Source: Phoronis australis
Lineage: Eukaryota > Animalia > Phoronida
Length of the DNA stretch: 64,000 nt
Assembly: GCA_002633005.1 (NCBI GenBank)
Contig: NMRA01000138.1
Coordinates: 804,795-868,794 of the forward strand
Reading direction: 5' to 3'
Position numbers and translations under genes: made by a program. Below, in pieces: positions 12,404 to 24,600 of the stretch; position 1 is the first letter of the stretch; each line of letters opens with the position of its first letter. Below the pieces are notes generated by a model, which searched no databases, was not told the DNA's origin, and was given only the letters and a program-made list of their open reading frames with translations.

Positions 12404-13854
12404 AAACCCAGAAAACTCCGTACATCGGTGACACCTATTGGACGAGACCAACACTCGACCGCCTCAACTTTCGCGGGATCACAAGCTATACCATCTGTCG
12501 TAACTACATGCCCTAAAAAGTTAACTTTGCGTTTAAACAGTGTGCACTTTCTAGGCTTCAGCCTCAAACCAGCGTTACGTAAATGAATGAAAACTTGTTC
12601 TAAATCAGATAAAGCGCCATCAAATGTTTTAGCATAACACAAGACGTCGTCTAAATACACTAAACACTTATTCCATAATAAACCCTCTAAAACATTCTCC
12701 ATCAGTCGCTCAAACGAGCCGACTGCATTACAAAGACCAAACGGTAAGACCTTGAATGCCCACAAACCACGACCAGGTGCGTAAAATGCAGTTTTCTCCT
12801 TGTCCTCTTCCGCCATGGGAACTTGCCAGTAACCACTAGCCAAATCAAGCGACGAGAAAAACGAATTACCACCCAACTGATCTAAACACGAATCTATTCT
12901 CGGGAGCGGAAATGCATCTTTGGTTGTAACGGAATTCAACGCTCTAAAATCAATACAAACTCTCCAACTTTTCTCACCTGAACTATCCGCCTTTTTAGGA
13001 ACCAAACAAATATTAGACGCCCAAGGGCTGTCGCTAGGCTCAATGATACCTGCAGAAATCATTTTCTCAATCTCCTGATCCACAATTTCACGTTGTGCGA
13101 GGGGAATACGTCTCGGTGTTTGTTTGATGGGATGGTTGTCCCCCGTATGGATTTTATGACGGACTCTATCAGTGAGACCCAACTCTCCATTTGGTCCCTC
13201 AAAAACGTCAACATAATTCAAAATCAATGCTCTAACCTTGGCAGCCTGCTCAGGGTTGAGCCCCTCTATTGCGTTCACGATCAATGATGCCAAATGAGGA
13301 GGCACCACCCCTTCGCCACGCTCTGCCGGAACAGAATCTGAATTCACTAAGCCTACCGAAGGTATTTTCTCAGCACATACAACTCTCGGTATTACCACTC
13401 CACTAAAATGCACATTTCTATGGTGTAGAGGAAACTCTCGCCCCCGAACCGTCAAAATATCTTTGTTTGGAAAATTAGAAAGCGTACAACAATTACGCTT
13501 CATAAAATCCAAACCCAGAATAACTGGAAAATCAATCTCAGCAACAACCACTACCTGACTAAAATATAAACCTCCAATACTAAAACTAATTTCTATCTCT
13601 CCATAATCTCTGATCAAGTTACCGCTAGCATCAAAAATATTTACGGAAATGGGGCGCAAATCTCGCGAACCCAAATCATTCAACTTTTGGTCGAACACAG
13701 ATCTAGAAATAATAGTCCGCGCCGACCCACCATCATACAATGCTTCAAACTCCCTGCGGTAAATATTTACGTTCACAAACAGACAACCTGCAAATGAGTC
13801 AGCATAGTTCTCGACTGAACCCCCGGTCTCGGATTCAGTCGACACTAGTTTGAC
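12404..13854 (-). CDS. pol: Gypsy pol N-terminal part: aspartic protease and reverse transcriptase
   Basis: ALYDGGS protease site, ILGLDF, SPWAS, RVCIDFRALN, LDLASGYWQ, LPFGL, YLDD. Lies in the -1 frame relative to gag. Confidence 0.95.
13811..13854 (-). promoter_or_regulatory. Putative gag-pol -1 ribosomal frameshift signal
   Basis: G_UCA_AAC at the gag end, a 5-nt spacer, then a 12-bp stem TCGACTGAATCC/GGGTTCAGTCGA with an 8-nt loop. Confidence 0.7.
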
Positions 13855-14933
13855 GACTTCGCTGGCTGTTTGACTTGAGCCACCTGTTGCCGTTGCACTC
13901 GACACTCTCGGCTTACGTGGCCGGTTTCACCACAAGAAAAACAAGTTAATTCCTTCTTACGCAAGCGCCCTAGCTCGGCACGCAAGTCTCTGATCTCTTT
14001 CTCCATGCTATTAAATTGAGCACTTTGCCCTCCGGCCCCAATGGTCATGACGCGGTCCCCGTCAGAAGGTTTTCTCAACGTTTGAGAACCCTCAAACGCC
14101 TCGAACTCCACCGCTAAAGCTATGGCGGAGTCCGCAGTAGTGGGATGGTTAAACTGAACGTGGCGTTTTAAAGACTGATCACCCAAGCCCGAGATAAACT
14201 GGTCAATAATTAATGTTTCCCTTGAAAAATTGTCAAGTTCGGGATACGCTTTTGCGGCCATTCGCCTTAGGGCGTACCCGAAATCTGCCGCGCTTTCGCC
14301 TCTGGCGCGTTTGCGCGTGCGGAACTCACACCTATAGGCAGGTGTCCGCTCAGGGGGATTGAACCTTTGTTCTAAAAGATTTCTGAGAGAATGATAATCA
14401 ACCAATTCATCCTCTGCGATCTCTGACAAGACTCTGAGTGCCGGTCCCTTCAGACACGTACACAGCTGAATCGCCATTTCGGCGGGAGTCCAATTGTTCC
14501 AACCCGAAACAATTTCAAATTGTTTAATAAAATCAACCCACTCGGTGGTTTTTGAATCAAACATAGGCGGATGTTTTTCTTTTCTTTTGACAACATTGGG
14601 CAGAAGAGTATGTCCAGCTGCCGGACGTAATTCATCAACAGACATTCTCGGGCGGTCACTGGGCGTTAGAAAGGGGTTGTTCGGGGAATGATTAATGTTC
14701 CCTGTCATTGTAGCATTTACGTTGCGGTGGTCAGGAGTGTTGGGGGTCGCAGGATCCTCGATGGGTGAGAGTACTGAAGTGTCGGAATTTAATTGAGCAG
14801 ATCTCCTGACAGGAGTTAAATACTGCGTAACCCTTTCCATGAAATTGGCCATTGCGTAAATCAAAACAAGACAACCAAGGACCACAAATAACCAGAGGAA
14901 ATAATCAGAGTAAGTTACCGCTCGAACAAACAT
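13845..14933 (-). CDS. gag: Gypsy gag with CCHC zinc knuckle
   Basis: PPMFDSKTTEWVDFIKQFE...LCTCLKGPA capsid-like segment, EFRTRKR.RGES..DF, FISGL, and the knuckle CFSCGETGHVSREC. The real start may be a later ATG (MANF or MERV). Confidence 0.93.
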   Translation of the reverse strand: MFVRAVTYSDYFLWLFVVLGCLVLIYAMANFMERVTQYLTPVRRSAQLNSDTSVLSPIEDPATPNTPDHRNVNATMTGNINHSPNNPFLTPSDRPRMSVDELRPAAGHTLLPNVVKRKEKHPPMFDSKTTEWVDFIKQFEIVSGWNNWTPAEMAIQLCTCLKGPALRVLSEIAEDELVDYHSLRNLLEQRFNPPERTPAYRCEFRTRKRARGESAADFGYALRRMAAKAYPELDNFSRETLIIDQFISGLGDQSLKRHVQFNHPTTADSAIALAVEFEAFEGSQTLRKPSDGDRVMTIGAGGQSAQFNSMEKEIRDLRAELGRLRKKELTCFSCGETGHVSRECRVQRQQVAQVKQPAKSSN

Positions 14934-15352
14934 GGACCAAATTACTAAAACTTCCTAGCTATTAAGTGCGTGATCGCCAAGAAAAATACTGGACTGAAAA
15001 CGAGAACCGGAATCGTGCGGAATCTACCGACCAATGAATTACCGAACAAGCTACAGAAACTCAACGTACCCACGGAATACCCGAAAAAATGAAGGATATA
15101 ACCCTAAAGAAAACAGCTGGTGTTAATTAAGAGGTAAGCACAAAGTAGAACGATAGAACGGCTTCCACGATCGATGGTGCCCGTAAATATCGGTGAGTGA
15201 TAGGACCGTGGCCAGTCATAATCCGGCGTCTTGGTCGAGACAAGAAAAGGTTTCTGTTCCGTTCCTGATACTAGGATGCGAACATAAGATTAAAGACAGT
15301 AAAGTTCTGGTAGAATGTTAGTAGAAGAAGAAAAAGTTATCACCACAGGTTC

Positions 15353-15370
15353 ATCCGGGCCACGGCACCA
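15353..15370 (-). other. Primer binding site complementary to the tRNA-His 3' end
   Basis: Minus strand TGGTGCCGTGGCCCGGAT lies 2 nt inside the 5' LTR. The + strand atccgggccacggcacca matches 16/18 nt of the recalled human tRNA-His(GUG) 3' end ATCCGAGTCACGGCA-CCA. Confidence 0.85.
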
Positions 15371-15372
15371 AA

Positions 15373-16026
15373 TGTAACGGGAATCGGTGGAGCGACCAGC
15401 ACCGATCTATTTAGTTTCTAAAATGTCGACTGTTCGTAGCCGATAAAAATATTTGCAGCGTTGTGTACTTTTTCACTCGTTCGAATCGCATACGAGAGAA
15501 CCATGGTGACAACTTATAGGGAGTGAAACAAGAGAGAAGTAGATAAATATACTGAATTTTATTATGCGATATATATGAAACACAGATCTACAAACTTACA
15601 ACTCATCGCTAACTTCAGTCGACGTCGCAGCTTTAACTTTTAGCCCAAAGAATTTATAGACAAGAAGAATTCGCTAAAAACGTCAAAGTCCAAATTTAAA
15701 AGGCCCAAAAAATTAGGTTGCTTGGTTGGGATTCCTTGCGGATAGATTCCAGACCCGGCAAAATCCGAAGTTTTAGCGTGAGGGGCCCATTTTTATAGGC
15801 GTATTCGCGCCGCGAATGTTCCAAATTACGCGGCTAAAATAGGGGTCTCAAGATAAATGTGAAAACCAATCAGAATAGAACTAAAAATTTCGTCATCGGA
15901 AGTTCCATATAAGGAATTGACCATCTTACACCCCTTTACAATATAATAACACACTCTAGCTTCTGAAACTAATCTGACGACTCGTCTTCACTCACGGCTC
16001 CATCAATAGACGGCGCTCCCGTCACA
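15373..16026 (-). repeat. 5' LTR (654 bp)
   Basis: Direct repeat of 9039-9690. Minus-strand TATAAAAA near 15790-15797 and AATAAA at 15558-15563. Confidence 0.96.
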
Positions 16027-18189
16027 GTTATAACTAACTGCCTAAAATGTAGTGTTTCAAGTCCAACTTTGAAAATCTAGTAGGTATCTAAGAAGATATC
16101 CCTTTTGGTTCCATTGCATTTTACCAGAAACAAATGAAACACTTGAAAAAATCCCAATTTGATAAAGCCAGGTAAAGTTTGATATTTCAAATAAAAATAT
16201 CTAAAACATGAAGCCAAACAGAACTACTTTCACATCAGATGAGCCCCAAAACGAGAAGCAAAATGAGAAGCAAAATGCAAATTATAATTACAGCGGTAAC
16301 CAATAAATACTTGACATGCACAGATCAGCTTTGGGATATCTCTGCTTCATGCTGTATTGATTTTCAATTACGCTGAGTTCAGTTAACACCAAGGGATTGG
16401 CAATCTTGTAATCTTGTGTGGAGCTGAACACAGTTGCACACAATAAGACCAGCTTGGACGGAAGGTATTCAGGTCCCAAAGCCTTAGAGACTAACCTAAA
16501 CACTAACCCATTAAACCTCGAAGAAACACCTGAATTGCAATGTGGTCAATGCTCGCTTTCAAAATAGGAGAGGGGCTTCTTGAGAGGAATATGTATAAAT
16601 TATCATAAAGGCGAATAAGTTTCTACCTTTAAATGATCCAAAATATGGCAAGAGCTGCCTAAATACCATAACAGATAATTCGTGAAACCAATTTTACAGC
16701 AGTACAACAGGGTTGACCAAGATACTTGAAAAGCAAGATTTTGACAGTCACTCATTTGACAAAAATGCAATTAGGTGGGTATCAATTTAACAATCATTGA
16801 GGGACACCATGTTTAGCCAATTACAATCAGTAGCCAACTGAAATTAAATATTGCATCATCTGGCTCTCTCGCTCACTCATTATAACCATGTGTACTACAT
16901 TAATGCAGATTACTAGGCATAAGGTTTGTAGTCAACCAGTTTGTCTTGCTATGTGCAGGTAACCCACACTGAGCTATACTTTACTTGAGGATAACAGCTC
17001 GGCCTGTAGCTATATTTGCAGTGGTCCTAGGAGAATATATTCTCCAGGTTTAAAACTCATAAGATTTTAATGACTGGACAAAATTTCAATAAGATGCACA
17101 TTCACATTTAAGAATCCCTTAAATAGATCAACTGTGAAGTATTCAAAACTAAATTCTGTAATCAAAATCACCTTGTTAGGGTGTGGTCACACAAACCTCA
17201 GTCTCAGAATGCCTTACCGCATCTTAATGTCTAAATAAAACTGGACGGGTTGGAATTTGGAAATGGGCATCTTTGACAAAAACATTCTTTGAATTACAAC
17301 ACTATCTATCACGTTTTTACTTTGCTCCGCTGCAACACTATTTTTATCCCGTTTTTGAGATCCTGCTCAGAACTATTTTCATGTGACAGGCTCCTTTAAT
17401 AGCCTAAGACCTTGAGACAATCTTCAGCACAATACAACTGACAACGCTTAATTGCATCAGAACACTTGAGCAGACCAATCCTCATTAATTGCTTTGACAG
17501 CATCATCTAGTATTACTGCAGTCAGTGTTCATGCACAGAACCAGTGTATACGGCTTACGACCATATGCTTTATGACAGACTATGAAGACTAGAACGTATT
17601 GAAGACAGTGCAGAACTATGAATGATAATTACAAGAAGTCTCGTTTTGTCAGAAAACTAAAACTTGCGTAAGATACTAGCAAGATACTAAGCGTGAAGAT
17701 CAACTATGAGTAGTAATGTCAACCAATAAGCCATGCTAACATCCAGCTATAATCCCCTAAACTCCAGAACCGAAACAGACATCAAACCCATGACACAAAT
17801 TCCCAGATCCACACCAACTTCACATGCGCATGCAAGATATTCCATATGTAATGACTATAAAATATCATTTCCAAGGACTACATTTCATGGCCGTAATAGA
17901 ATCTATAGGCACGACTGTATTCTAGTGCCAGAGTTGGAATTTGGTCATCCTGTATAGAGCATTTTTGGTGCATGCATGAAGTTTAGGGCTAGTTGGTCCA
18001 GAACTGAAGTTTAGGGGGCTTTATCTGAAATTCAGAGGCGCATAAACACTGTTTTCATTAGTAACCTGACACTAAGTAATCAGTTGAACATTAGCTTTTG
18101 TGGAAAAGTCAGCATTGCATGGTTTACATGACTTATGGATACTCTGTGATAGCACTTGTTTGAATCAAGTGGATACTCTGACTGTATTC

Positions 18190-18600
18190 TGTTTGAAGTG
18201 CTCAGAATCACAAATTTCACATCAAAAACATTACACAACAACAACAGCAGTTGATCAGCTGTCATTATCTAACAATATGCTAATTAGCTAATCTCGAGTT
18301 ATGAGCATTTATTGGTCAAAACATAGTGGTAAAAGCAGGAAAACCAAACAGTCGTCAGATATTGCAGCTCGTTTTCCCATGGTTTATGGTTTAAGGAAGG
18401 GCAAGGCACTGCATTTGTGGTGGTTGTGACAACTTAGTATTTAACCATGCTGTGACTCTTTTCACTTTCTCGAGGAACATCGGAGAAGTGCAGATATGGC
18501 ACAAGTTTGTATCAGAAACTTGTGTGTTGATGGACATGACACACTGGTGATGGGTATGTCCGTGGAGAGCTAAGCAACTAAACTGAAGTTGCCTTTCTTC
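18190..18600 (+). repeat. Dispersed repeat; second copy near 48475-48900
   Basis: Shared blocks tgaagtgct..aatcac.aattt, gatcagctgtca, gagcatttattggt, tcttttcacttt, agaaact.g.gtgttgatggacatga. Confidence 0.7.
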
Positions 18601-21243
18601 TATTTTCTTGTTTCTGAGATATTGAATTCATGATAAGCATTGTGATATGCAGTGCTATAAAGTGTTAATGATGATGACAATGTAGTCACTTGTCAAAACA
18701 ACGTACAAGATGATTTTAAGCACTTTAAGGTCTGGGAACACTTAACTTCTGTCTTGAAACCAAGTTAATAGTGCAAGTTAACTTCGGAGTAGACTGAGGT
18801 AGATTTAACAGCGAAGCGTCACCACTTTGCTGCAATGGGAAAACTTAACTTTGTTGCCATCAGAGCTACCAGCAGGGGTCAATGTCTGTGTTTTCCAAAA
18901 GCAGGCAGTGACTGGTTAGTATTTGCTAATATTTTGTTTTAATATTTAATTGGCAGCCATATGAGTATACACATTCTGTTTCAATTTATCCATGTTGGGT
19001 TCCTTACATTAAAAAAATCACTGAATGCAAGGTGTATGCAAAATGAGTTACTGCCATACCGCCTTTGTTTAGATCAGCTGTCAATTTTTTAATAGCTCAT
19101 TGTTTTGGTACATCGTCATGGTCACAATATGGACACCATCATCTGACTTGCGAAGTTGGCGTTCTGATTTCCATATGAGGAAAGGGATAGGGCCTTGCCA
19201 TTTTTATGACAACAACAAGAACACCGTGCATGTATCCTGAAGATTCTATTAGTGGTGCCTTGTAATAACTTTGCTGAGCTAGTTTTCTGACTAACTCTGA
19301 AGCTGATGGGAATACTAACGCTTAACTTCGCATTTATCCACAGTTAACATTGAAACTTTGATAGTACCAGAGTTAACTATATGAGAAAGGACCTTTGGAA
19401 TCTTGCTTCGTAGGAGGAGCATTCGAAACAAATAATGTCTAACTGCAATTGCATAAATTAACCAAATTTAGGGTGTAATGACCTGAAAATGGATTTCACT
19501 GTCCACATAAACATGGACGCAAACATCAAATGATCTACAAGTAGTGCCCGTATGAAGTTACGTAAGCAACAATGGCGGCCATTATTTGAATAAATTATGT
19601 AAATTTTTTGTGCAACAACCTACAAACTGATCTTCGTTAAATTAACCGATCAAATTTTCCATTATATTTAGTTGGAAATATCACGGGTTGTTGTACATTC
19701 TTTACTGAAATAAAGGCTTACCTTTACAGAACTGTTCTGTAACTAAATCTCGTCACTGCAAGCAATATTTATGTTTTGACTGGTCTTTAAAAACACAACA
19801 AGTAAACCATCGGAGAACCTAAATACCGGACACCATGTTTCCGCATATGCCATATTGCGGTAAACAGACTAACCACGTAATGGCTGCAGGCACATTGTCG
19901 CCAAATTGCAGCTCGTGTGCTTTAATATATTTGCTGCTAGAACATAGCTGTGTTTGCATCAAAATTTATCCATGAAATATAATCTGATGACAACACTGTT
20001 TTTATTTTGATTAATCAGTAAAGACAATCAAAGCATGTGCACACTGTAGTTATCTCTCTACCTTCTTGATCTGACACAGGCATATGCGTGGCCAGGGTTT
20101 GACTAAGGTTAAAGATAAATGAAAAAATGAAAGGTGGAGGATTGCCAGTTCATTGAGATATGTTTTCATAGTAGAAAAAGATTTTAGTTGCAATTCTTAT
20201 AACCGTTTTATGCGATCTTCCATTTTGGAACGCACCTTCTTTCGCAATGAAAACATAGAGAGGCAATGGTATAAAACAAGACAATGCCAGACATTGAATG
20301 CAAGTAATGTAATGTCATTACGGCAGAACGGAAATTGACGTTATTTATTTCTCAGGCAAGATTTTATGATAAAAGTCAGATTAGGTGAGTACTTGATTTA
20401 AAATTGACTTGAGAACCAGTTACTACAACTTACTCTCAAATCAGGGACTTTGTATTTCACTATTAGCAATTTTGTAAAACATGCGATATTTAAGTCCGTA
20501 CTCAATGAAAAGCAAGTTTTTAATGACATCAATCTCCTGTCTGAGCTTATTTAGCCAGTTTTTCACTCACACTGATGCAAAGCCGATTTTTTATAAATCA
20601 TAGTCTTGCAGATCTGCAGTCGTACCAAGCAAGGCTATTTGTCAGCTGGTATGAAGTCATATCATCTGGCGTGCGCAGTGTAAAAATGGCCAGTTACTCA
20701 GTTACCGATTTTGGGAACTGAACGAGGGAGTGCTTGAAGAAAAGGTTTGATAATGGGAGTATCATGGGCGGCGCATACTAGGGGGCTGGCTGGTTATAGC
20801 CCCCACTTTTTTCAGTGCTGTGCCACCCATGGTCTATATGCGATGCACCACAGGGGGGCTGGGGGGCTTTAGCCCCACCACTTTTTTTCAAGTCTGTGCT
20901 AATGAGTATTAGTTCGAGTTGGAAGGAATTAAAGCCATCAACGGGTCCCTCTATGCACAAAAGGTATTTATAACAGCGTGACTTAGATGTTTTAGTCAGT
21001 TTGAGGCCGAAAAACTTCCGGCGTATGAAGCTCCTCATATAGGAGCTACACCGTCTCTACTGAGCCAGCAGCTAGTAGAGTAGAGACGGTGGTACACCGT
21101 CACCGTAGAGTGACACTGTCTTTTTTGCAAGTCCAAGACTCTATAGCTATGCAGAAGTCAAAAAGGTTCTACCTTTGCATATTTTGGCAGTTTTCCAGGA
21201 TACAAACATGAAGTAGCGGATTAAAATCTTCTCAAATACTCAC

Positions 21244-21653
21244 CCATTTTACCAAACTGATGTTGCAAGTCGGAATATGGAACACCAACAATCGGCAATC
21301 AACTGATCAATATTCGCTCTCCAAATAAAAACCACACTAAATGGGGTAGCTCGATTATATCAACGTAACGTTAATATTTTGGCATGACGAAAATAGAAAT
21401 TTGAAATATCCGGAATAATGCAATGGAAAAATAAGAAAAAATAATTTTTGGCGGATTTTATTTCCAGATATCGTAATTTTATATTGACAATTTCCTACAA
21501 TATCTTGATAGAACTCATTTTTATCAGAAAAAATATCAGTAGAATGACTTCATTTGTTTCGTTTTAGGGGCTGGCAGAAGCTGAGGATGTTTGGTTTGCG
21601 TTTCATAATTCTGGGTCTCTTTTCGTCATGATTTCTACGATTTCTAAACAGAG
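21244..21653. promoter_or_regulatory. Candidate divergent (head-to-head) promoter region for TMEM63 (-) and PPIP5K (+)
   Basis: Perfect minus-strand donor G|GTGAGT at 21244/21243 and plus-strand donor CAG|GTAATT at 21686/21687 face away from each other about 440 bp apart. CpG density is locally higher than in the introns. Confidence 0.45.
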
Positions 21654-21686
21654 ATGTCACTGCTGAGTCAACGAATTAAGCTACAG
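21654..21686 (+). CDS. PPIP5K: PPIP5K candidate first coding exon ([11 protein letters not shown])
   Basis: ATG follows an in-frame stop; phase-0 donor CAG|GTAATT is compatible with the exon at 25246. Confidence 0.5.
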
Positions 21687-24600
21687 GTAATTATCTTGCG
21701 AAGCACCATCGAACTTTGCAGTATCTCAGCAGGGGTCGACTAACGAACTACAATTAAACCACCCACCAGTCCCACATCATTTTGTTGTGAAATTTGAACT
21801 GAATTATTTCCGCGCATTAATACGTCATTCGGCGAGTAGGGCAACATTTCACGGATTTTAATCGACATGATGTTTTTCAAATGTCGAGTTTAGTTGCAAT
21901 TTCGTCTGCGAACAAATGGAGTGAGTTTGCCCTTGGGTCTTCAATAACTTTGATTACAGTCATAGAGCAGGTCAATCCTGGAATAGTCGTGGATACCTTT
22001 TCAGCGAGTATTTTGTCCTTTTTCACGTCGCACTCTTAGCTAATCAAATCCACATGTTGGTTAGAGATCTCTGATTCAACTTTCATGTCGGCAGCTAGCC
22101 TTGCGCTCCAGAGTCTTTCACTGAATGTGAACTGAAATTTGTGGGTATTTGATGCTGCAGGTAAGAGCATATTCTAAGCATTTCCTCGATGACCTAAAAG
22201 TCAATTTTTGAGGGCGTAAAAATGGCGGTTAAATTTTACGACCTGGAATTTATGAATGTGAGCTGGATTTTGAAAATACGACCTGGGATTTGGCTAGGTC
22301 GCAAAAGGTGACCTGATGATTCTCATTGCGTTGAGCCCTAATTCAGGTGCTTGGCTAGGTCAGTCACCGGCGTCCTGAGCTTGTGATTGTCCCCAATACA
22401 CTTTACTAATTTATGGCACTTGGGACTGGGAATTAACACAAGTAGCAATAAATTCACACAAAACAGGGATTCAACAAACCATGATCACATTTATAGCAGG
22501 CAGTTGCAATCAAAACATAAAAATCTTCCCAAAAAGCCGACGTGTCGCAACTATTGCAGACAGGTCACGTGAGTCGGTTCAAGATCAAGTATGGAATTAC
22601 CAGATGAGAAACCTTCCGTGATGAATTGGCAATGGCTGTTATCCATTTGTAAGTTAAGTAAACTGATATAAAATCGCACTTAAAACAATATTGTCTTGGT
22701 CCTGGGAATCGAACCTGCAATCCTTGGCTGGAAACCAAGCACAACAAAGAGCAATTGAATTAATTAAGCACTCTATGCAATTTCCCAGAAGTATCTCTGT
22801 AGATTTTTCTGCATAGCTACCCCATATTGCGAAAAGGAAATTAGAAGAATTTTTTGGTTTGGGAGGTCAAATTCAGTGTTTGGGTAGTGATAAAAGGTCT
22901 TACCAGTATTTGTCAATATATTTACCACAAGCTTGCAAGGCAAAATGCCCCTGATTTTGACGATTTTGCTTACAGACTTTGACACAAGGAGCAATATGAA
23001 TGCTGATAATTATTGCTTGCTTGAAACATGTTTAAACCTTTTAACATCTTGTTTTTGCTTCAAGTTTCAAAAAATAGAAGCAAAAATATGCTTATGAGGA
23101 TAAACTCTTACCGGCTTTCCTGTTAAATATATTTCCCTTCACTTTACCTTTGCAAATATAACCAGTCATCTTTTACTCACAAATTTTGACCAGATGCTGA
23201 TGATACCAGCACCACAGTAGCGTACCTCACCCAGATACAGTCAGGCCAAGCGAATGTCAAATGTCCAGTTTGGCATGAAATGGACTCCAAAAGCAATCAT
23301 TAATTTCAATAATATGAAAGCACTCCTTGAAAGGAATGTCCTGCAAATTTTCCATTGATTCATTGGCAACAGAAATCATTGTCAGTTATAACACCATGGA
23401 AAATCTATGCCTGCATTTGTTTTGCATTCAGTTAATGGTCATAAAAGGACAAACTGCAGAATGAAAGTCCCTTTTTGTCTGTAAATCTTCAATGGCCACA
23501 TGTGATATGTAATTGAACGTTGTAGTTCACTTCTATTGTAGGCTTCCCGCTTGTGTGCACTTAGATGTTGTGTGTGTTAGTCAGTACCAGTCTACTAACT
23601 GAGTGTACCTAACTATGCTGTCACCATGCAGTTACCCTGACAACTATAACCTGTTCTTCATGGGCGATGAAGCTTCCAACTATGAGGTACTACTGCTGCA
23701 CTGTACGCACCAAATCGGGCTGCAAGGGGTACTCAAAGCCCCCAGTTAAGTTCTGCCCCTCCAAATAATTGACATTGGTTTCAGTTTTGTTGATTTTGAG
23801 TGAACATTTGAATATATATATAAATGTATGTGTGTGAAGTTTGGAGTTGATTGTCATGCAGGTGTGTTATTTTGATTGACATTAAACTTACTCATGCAAA
23901 GATGTATTTCTTCAGGATTTTGATTGATTTGAAAAACGACTATCTGTCCAATGTTAATTGTGAAGTGAATGTAGGATCATTTTGAATCGTGTAATTAAAA
24001 AACTGTCAATTGTCAAGTTCATACTAAAGTGTAAAAAGACCCTCAGGCATATTTTGTCATCTATGAACCATCTATGGACCATCTATGGACCAACCTATTA
24101 CAACAAGAATTAATGGGGAGTTATTGGACTGTCTCGACTCAAAAAAGTGTGAACCAAAGCATCATAGACATTTACGTGTTGCTTAATTTTATTTTGTAGT
24201 GTGTTTAAGAATTTTGTCTTTTTTGCTCTGCATAGAAAATTAAAGTAAGTACGTAATGTTGCTTTTGAGAAAGTAGCATACAGTGCTGTATATTTTGTGG
24301 TTGATGTTTATGTTGATCATAGTTACATTTCGTTTTGTTGCATTGTGTCTCGAACCTACACCTAGTTACCCCTGATGTGTAGGAATTAGAAGAATGCTTT
24401 CTTTTGTCATTGTGTGGTTAGTTTACAGGACAATTTGAACTTAAAACAATCATGGAAGAATACCAAATACAGAACTTGTATCTTCTAAACAATTTGCAAG
24501 GTAACTTGTTCATATGCCAAAGCTTTTGCTCAAAACTGATGCCCTGTTGCCTTGTCAAGTGATTTGTGCTTTACTGCCTAATATAGGGGGTTACATTGTT

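Larger units (their letters stand above)
9039..16026 (-). mobile_element. Full-length Ty3/Gypsy LTR retrotransposon (gag, PR-RT-RH-IN; no env)
   Basis: Two LTRs of about 650 bp with TG...CA ends, 4-bp TSD GTTA (9035-9038 and 16027-16030), PBS, PPT, and Gypsy domain order. Confidence 0.97.

Noticed and set aside
21049-21118. Small hairpins CACCGTCTCTACT/AGTAGAGACGGTG near the putative promoter
   Set aside because: A real 13-bp inverted repeat, but no clear TSD or known RNA motif; function unassignable.
24429-24500. Candidate extra PPIP5K 5' exon (tacag|...caag|gtaac)
   Set aside because: Phase-0 reading contains TAA, and its ATG frame ends in phase 1, incompatible with the exon at 25246.
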